In this document: positions 57,553 to 64,000 of the stretch, in pieces
Position numbering within the stretch: position 1 is the first letter of the stretch
How the letters are laid out: every line of letters starts with the position of its first letter
Origin: Utricularia gibba
Lineage: Eukaryota; Plantae; Magnoliophyta
Reading direction: 5' to 3'
DNA length: 64,000 bases
Assembly: GCA_002189035.1 (NCBI GenBank)
Contig: CM007991.1
Span: 3,162,001-3,226,000 of the forward strand
The notes under the pieces: model-generated
Told to the model about the DNA's origin: nothing
Databases searched by the model: none
What the model saw: only the letters and a program-made list of their open reading frames with translations
Position numbers and translations under genes: made by a program

Positions 57553-58565
57553 TCAGCCGTTGACGATGGTCCCGCCGTTGGGGTGGATGACTTGGCCGGT
57601 GATATACGACGAGTCTGCGTTGGAAGCGAGAAACACGTACGACGGAGCCACCTCAATCGGCTGTCCGGCCCTCTTCATCGGCACCTCTTTCCCGAATTGT
57701 GCCGTCTTCTCCTCCCCGAACGAGGCTGGGATCAACGGCGTCCAGATTGGACCCGGCGCCACACCGTTCACGCGTATTCCTTTCCCGGCGAGTTGCAGCG
57801 CCAGCCCTCGGATGAACGCCACGATTGCTCCTTTTGTGGATGTGTAATCCAGCAACGAAGGGTTCCCTTTGTACGCGTTAACCGACGTCGTATTGATGAT
57901 CGAACTCCCCTCCTTCATATGCTTCAGCGCATGCCTGCAGAGAAGTTTGAGATTCGATACTCTGTTTTTAGGGCAAATTTGGATCAGTAATGTTACCTGG
58001 TGGTGAAGAAGTAGGAGAAAATGTTGGTCCGGAAGACTCTCTCGAGGCGGGGCTCATCGATCTCCTCCACGGAGACGGATTCGTATTGCTCGGCGGCGTT
58101 ATTGACGAGAATGTCGATGCGGCCGAAGCTGTTGACCACCTCCTCCACGACCCCTCTGCAATTCTCATCGTACCCCAAATCGGCGGCCACGCAGATGGGC
58201 TCCTTGGCGTCCCCATGCTTGGCCTTCCTCAGAATCTCCAGTGTCTCTTCAGCGTCCTTATCTTCCTGCCCTTTCACGTAAGTGAATGCCACAGACGCGC
58301 CCTCCAGCGCGAAGCAGTGTGCCACCGCGCGCCCGATTCCGGAGTCGCCGCCGGTAACCAGAGCGACCATCCCCTGCAATTATGAAACGAAAAAGGTGTA
58401 GCACTATGTGAAGGCGAACGCTGTTGTAACAAAATTACACACCTTAAGCTTGTTTGCAGGGTTGTACTCAGATGCTGAGTGCTGAGGAGACGGCTCCATG
58501 ATATGCTCTTTTCCGGGCTGGGCTTCCTGCTTCTGAGGAGGGAATGTTTGGTCTCCCGTCGCCAT
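57553..58565 (-). CDS. Glucose and ribitol dehydrogenase-like short-chain dehydrogenase (possible upstream start at 58679)
   Basis: [35 protein letters not shown] (TGxxxGxG), NNAAEQY, YTSTKGA (YxxxK), [25 protein letters not shown]; three exons. Confidence 0.96.
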
Positions 58566-58705
58566 TGATCTCAAGATAAGCTTCCGGTGGGCGGTAACGA
58601 AATGCGACCTTTGAGGGAAGCCAGTGATGAAGCGATGAGAAATTGATGAAACAGAGGCGATTATGATGCCGACCGACATAGCATGAATCAGCAGCAACGG
58701 TAGAG

Positions 58706-58779
58706 ATATATATTCACAAACCAATCGCCGGCTCCGTTGCATGTGGTTTGACGTGGTGGCCGGGAATGAGTGAAACGTG
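58706..58779 (-). promoter_or_regulatory. TATA, RY and ABRE-like elements of the dehydrogenase gene
   Basis: ATATATAT 58706-58713, CATGCA (minus) 58738-58743, ACGTGG 58751-58756, ACGTG 58775-58779; fits the seed/ABA expression known for this family. Confidence 0.5.
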
Positions 58780-58971
58780 CAGCGTCGCTCGAACGCGACG
58801 GTGGAGAAGTGCCAGGTGTTCGTACACAACGATTTCGCCGCACAAATTACTTTTGCTTTAATTTTTTCCGATCGTTTATCAATTGCTTTGTGCAGATCCA
58901 CATTGTGGCAATAGAAATCATCATGTGACTACCAAAATTTCCCAACCATGGAGTGTATCATGCTCTGAAGA

Positions 58972-60483
58972 TCAATACAAGTCGTCTCCGCCGGGGACCC
59001 ATCTGTCATCTCGGCCGGAATCGGCATAATGTTGTTGCCGTCGATGACCTTCTTCTTCCTCATCTTCATCTCTATACCTATCATATCTTCTTCTCCGCTT
59101 CTCCGATGAAGAATGCCTCCTTTCCTCATGCCTGTGCCATTCCCTATCATGCTTCTTCTGGCGCCCCTCATCGGCATATCTTCTACCACGGATTCCGTCA
59201 CCCGGATCTTCGTCATGCTTGCTACTGCGAACTGGAGATCTATCTCGCTTTAGTTCCTGATGTTCATCAGCTTCAGCATTTTCCCTTTTCCTTCTGGGAG
59301 GGGATGGGATCTGATTCATTGAAAACCTTTCATTTCAGTTCACCCCGGAGAACCAACTGCACACAAGACCACACATACCTCAAAGCGTGACATGTATCTT
59401 TCCGGCGGAGGGGAATGCCGAGCCTCTTTAGGTCATCAAAGGGAATTTCCTTCCTGCTCTCAAGTAAAAGCATCAGCAGTAAGCAGGTCAAATATCAAAG
59501 CTTTGGTTCAGTGTAGTCAGTAAAGCAATGTACAAGCAACACAATGGCAACTTACAGGGGGGCTCGGAAGGGTCGTTCTCGTCCTCCGAACCGGAGTTGT
59601 CCTGATTCTTTCTTGCCACCAAGACCACCTCCTGTCGATCGGAATGAAGAAGGTGAAAACCAGGGAGGCTTTCAAAATATGGTGAGAGTGAAGTTGGGGT
59701 TACCCAGCCTTCTAGGTATCCAGCCAGGCATCAACTGTTGCCTGTTGTAGTCAACTATGATTTCAGAATCATCAATACGAGTATGATGAGCATCCTGCGA
59801 AAGCACAAAACTCTGATCTAAGCAACTCCCTCATCACCCATGTTTAGCAAGAGAGACGCACCTTGTATGCTCGGCGCATTTCTTTCTCTGTTTCAAACTC
59901 AACGAATGCATAGCCACGCGATGCACCGGTAACTGCATTGTAAAACGATTGGAGGTGCAAGAAGACGAAAAGAATCAAGCATGGGCAACAGGAGAAGATC
60001 GTGAGAGAAGAGGTACCTATGTGCCTCACCAACCGCAAGTTCTTAACTCTGCCATATTGATCCATAGCCTGTCATTGTAAACAAAACAGTTCATTTCCTC
60101 GCAATGCCGAAACATATCAGCTGGTACGCCCAAAGGCGATACAAAAAAGTACCTTCCGGAGAGTCACTTCGGTAGTTAGAGGCGACAAACGAGCGACGAA
60201 TAGAGTACAGTAGGGATCTCCGGTAGCTTTCAAGTCGCCGAAGGGATCATCTGCACAAATGAGAAAATAAGCACTCGCTCCCTCCAGCATATGAAACATC
60301 TAAGAGAGACGCAGGGCGTGATCAATTACAGAGACCGGCGTTCGAGCAAAGAGAAGCCCGATAAACAGCGTTGTCGTGGGGAAGAATATCGGTTCCGTCG
60401 ATACTTCCAGCTTGGATAGGATGGTAGGTCTTCGCATAAAATACTGCATCCAGACTCCCACCGCCCCCGCCGCCGCGCCTCAT
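58972..60483 (-). CDS. SNRNP35: U11/U12 snRNP 35 kDa protein; 1-nt frameshift near 59410-59413
   Basis: [46 protein letters not shown]|[66 protein letters not shown]; RD/RE-rich tail. Confidence 0.94.
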
Positions 60484-60761
60484 TTCAAAAGTTATGCTTC
60501 AATCTGGAGAGCAGAAGCCCATCATATCCAATCCGATTGACGGCGATGAACTCAGGTGACACTGGTGCTCACTGGTTGTGATTTTCAGAAATTGATTAGC
60601 GAATTGGCATAAAATTGGGATTTCTAAATTGGGCTGCCCTAGTATCGGAAGCCCAATAAACGGCGTCGTTCCCAGAAACAAAAAGACCACTACTCCTATT
60701 TCAGTCAGCAACTCACCAAGATCAGATTTTTGACGCAAACCAACGCGGCGAGTTGTGATGG

Positions 60762-61462
60762 ATGGCCGAACTCAGCCAACTAACAGCCACGACGTATACA
60801 TATGTGCAGGTATGTGGAAGTCTTCATACCTTGTGTAGTAATTCCCTGTGTGCAAGAAAGATGAGTGAGTCATGTCCAGATTGCGGGCACGAGAACAGGC
60901 TTAATCTTGTGGAGAGACTAAAGCGAGGGGAGTTGATTCGCATCCAGTGCGCTTCATGTCAATTTCGTGTCCTCTACAAGAAGCGGACTCGCAAAAGTAA
61001 GTAACTACTTTTAACATTGTGCTACATTGCTTGATTAAGCTTGGAAGATATGATGAAGCAATGACTGTAGCGTGTGCTTTATATATTAAAAAAAAATGCT
61101 AGCTTTGTATCTGCGGTGCAATTAATGGTCTGAGAGACAATGAATTATCTGCTTTATATAAAGAATGTTTTTTTTAGTACCTCCCCCCAATCAGCCGATG
61201 ATGGGAATGCGAACCCTAAAAAACTCTGTAGCTGATTCTTAGGGGTCCAACGCTTTTGGTTCTTTTGCTTGTTGCTCGGGTAGAAGTGGATGCTGAGATG
61301 ATTGAATTTAGTTCTTTTATGAAATTTCTTGTTTTCAGACCATGGGATATGATGCTCCCTTCATCTATGTGTTGAATTGCTTTTTACACGGCACTCTTCG
61401 TACTGTTTCTCATGTTTTGCAACGCTGAAACCGATGCAGTTGTGCATTATGAAGCTGTTTAA
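60762..61462 (+). CDS. Divergent RNA polymerase subunit RPB12-like zinc-ribbon protein
   Basis: CPDCGHEN...IQCASCQFRVLYKKRTRK|IVHYEAV* (exons 60762-60997 and 61440-61462), compared with canonical CGDCGQEN...IQCRECGYRILYKKRTRR|VVQYEAR. Confidence 0.75.
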
Positions 61463-61784
61463 GCACCTGTAGAAAGCCACGGAATGCACCAGTTGGATGG
61501 TGATTACTTCTGATGATGAAATGCAGCTTGTTGTTCGTAGCCTGAGCCTTTGTGTGACCTGATCTATATGTACTGCAAGTATATGGAGTCCTATTCAAAC
61601 AACTAGACATCTTTCTGATCAAGTTTCCTTGTCTCAGTTATCTCATTTTCAATACTGCAAGTATATGAAGTTCATTACAAACTTTGAATTCTATGAGGAA
61701 AACATGCGTTAGTGCCCTATAACACTTCAGACATACACACCAACAGGAAGGGAGTTTACAACTAACCAGGCATGAAGATGAAAG

Positions 61785-63960
61785 CTATGGCAGGAATGAG
61801 TTCCTTTTGTTCCTCATGGCCTTCATCTTCAGTGGACTCCAAACCAAATGTTTCTTCCGCTTCCATCCTACAGGAGGGCTCCCTCTGAATTTACTACTCA
61901 AACGACTGAGGGGTGTTCCCTCAGCCATTTTCAACAGGGGAGAAGAAACTACTGCAGAACTTCTCCAAACTCTGTGTGGATCACAAGCAACTGATTGCCG
62001 CCGAGTGACACCTTCCTGCCTTGAGTTGTGAAGTGGGGTTAAAAAGCTTGGTTGCATGGTTGTAGCAATAGAGGCCCGTCTTCTAGGCTGGAAAGCTTGA
62101 GATGCTGCCGCTGTGGTTGTAGGCTGTGCAACAAAGGAACCTCTTCGTGCTTGTAGACTTGGCCTTGCTGTGTTTTTCATCATGAATGGTCTTGGTCCAT
62201 TCTCTTTCCCTTCAGGTACAGTAGGCAGGAAGGAAGCTCTGCTTGTCCTTGAAGTAGAGGAAGGCATGGCGTTTGAGATTCTTCTAAGTGGGATCCTTGC
62301 GGTGAATGGAGCCAGTGGTGGCTTTTTGGCTGTCGAATTCCTTGCACCTTGATTGGGTTTCGAGGACTGAACAGATATCGAAGCTAAAGCTCGGTTTTCC
62401 ACTTTTAATCTTGTTTTCCTTTCCTCAACCAACTGGCTCTCCAGATCTCTTACCTTAGGATGGGCAATATCAAGCAAACCATGCGTAAGTGAAGTGATAA
62501 TCTCTACTGGTTTCTATAGAAGCATCGTTCCATACCTTCTCCTGAAGATTCTTGCAAATGTGATCTCTGGCAGCAAGTCGTAGCTGCAAAGAGTGAACAT
62601 TCTCCTGCAGTCGCTTTATCTCCTTGTCATCAACTTTTGCCTTTTCAGCCTGCATACAATCATCAAAACAACCGATGAGCAAGCCATGTTTTCCTTCTCA
62701 TCACGGGAAGCTGGAATTTTTATTTCATACTAGCTGCTTATATTTTGCAAGTTCAGCATGATCCGGCTGCCGTCGAGCTGGACCCTGCTCAATTCCTCGG
62801 ACGCGACTTGCGAAATTCAAGGAGCAAAGGGTTTCCCCAAGATCTGACAAGTTGGGGCTGATTTGGACAAACATCAAAGTCTTACAATCTCCACCTGCAC
62901 AGTTGAGGCTCATTTAGAAATGGTACCCCAGACGAACTTAAAAGTTGACCTTGCTGGCTCACCTAGAGAGCTTTGCAGCAAATGTGTAAGTTTGGAGTTC
63001 CTGTTGGATCCAGAAATGGGTTATCCTCAATGGCAGCTGTATCAAAAATCATGAATACTTGGCAAGAAACGGAACCTGTAAGGAACATGAGATGATTTCG
63101 AAGCCAGAGCAGAGATCACATCTCCAAGGGCTGATAATGATTTGTTGATGAACTGAGATTCTTTGAGCCGATCACCCTCTACTTCAGTCCTACTTACACG
63201 CTCACTTCCAGCCAAGTCAACCAGCCACAAATGACTTTTTGTTCTATGCCCATCCAGTAAATCTTCTGCAACAACAGTCACCCGCAACAAGCTGCAGCAG
63301 AATCAAGGGTGTGACAAATTCATATATAATCATATATCATGTATTTTACTTTCTAAATCATACGAAAAGAAAAAGAGGAAAGGCACATATTCCGGCAGTG
63401 TGTTCCTGTAAATTACCAATGAGAGCGACTGCTGAGTTCATTTGCATTAGTTGAGCCAACAGACCTCGCTTGGCTTCCAGATTTCAGAAGACCCCAAATT
63501 TCATCTGTATTGAAAACACGTGCTTCTGTAAGTCCACGTACTTCCTGAGTACCCTCAGCTGATTGCTTTATCTCCAGCCTTCGTTTAAAGAGAATTAACA
63601 CTGTTCAGATGCTCACTACCGAGACAGAAGACAAGCCATAACTATTCAAGGGAATTCACCGAGACGACGCTTACTTCTTTTGGGGCTGGTTTGAGCAGTC
63701 AACCAGCAGATCCCTGATCTTTTCGTTGTAAACTTCTAACATACTCACAAACAAATCGCATCTCACAATATTGCTTCTTTCCTCAGATATTTTAAACAGC
63801 ATTTCCAAAGTTCTGTAGTTCACTCCTCTATTCCCCGGCGCCCCTTCCATTGTGTATGTTTTTCCAGAACCAGTCTGTCCATAGGCAAATATGCATACGT
63901 TGTAACCATCCAAAACAGAGCTCACTAGAGGCCGTATTTGAGCAAAGACAACATCTGCAT
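61785..63960 (-). CDS. Kinesin-14 family motor (KIN14S-like), 3' part only; gene continues beyond the window
   Basis: [24 protein letters not shown] (P-loop), NELSSRSH (switch I), LVDLAGSER (switch II), [44 protein letters not shown], then a coiled coil and basic tail. Confidence 0.96.
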
Positions 63961-64000
63961 AATGTAAAGACACAATGATTAGCATCGTGACGAGTTCAGT

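Noticed and set aside
57395-58385. Plus-strand ORFs of 130-150 aa
   Set aside because: Antisense shadows of the GC-rich SDR gene.

Overview
Eukaryotic (eudicot plant) nuclear DNA, very gene-dense: 23 recognisable protein-coding genes plus one tentative gene in 64 kb (about one per 2.7-2.8 kb). Introns are mostly 70-300 nt, intergenic spacers are often only 250-900 bp, and no transposon ORF is recognisable. This compactness suggests a miniature genome such as Lentibulariaceae (inference only). Gene order: tentative small gene(-), GPT1(-), early nodulin-like(-), TBC RabGAP(+), eIF1/SUI1(-), tetra-ubiquitin(-), truncated PPR-like(+), chorein-N/BLTP3-like(-), ATG18f(+), H2A(-), LEA14(+), ORRM2(-), mitochondrial RPS18-like(-), pectate lyase(-), GBA2(+), PRP40C(-), CCX5(+), SPC22/23(+), two tandem GPI-type aspartic proteases(-), glucose/ribitol dehydrogenase(-), U11/U12-35K(-), divergent RPB12-like(+), and the 3' half of a kinesin-14(-). 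Manual splicing shows five conserved genes each broken by a single missing base in a short G/C homopolymer, most likely an assembly error. The most interesting biology is a divergent RPB12-like subunit with an 8-aa zinc-ribbon insertion, a head-to-head chorein-N lipid-bridge/ATG18f pair, a truncated but still open PPR-like gene, and a tandem aspartic protease duplication. No RNA gene, CRISPR array or clearly new system could be supported. Family assignments come from recalled protein motifs, not from database searches.
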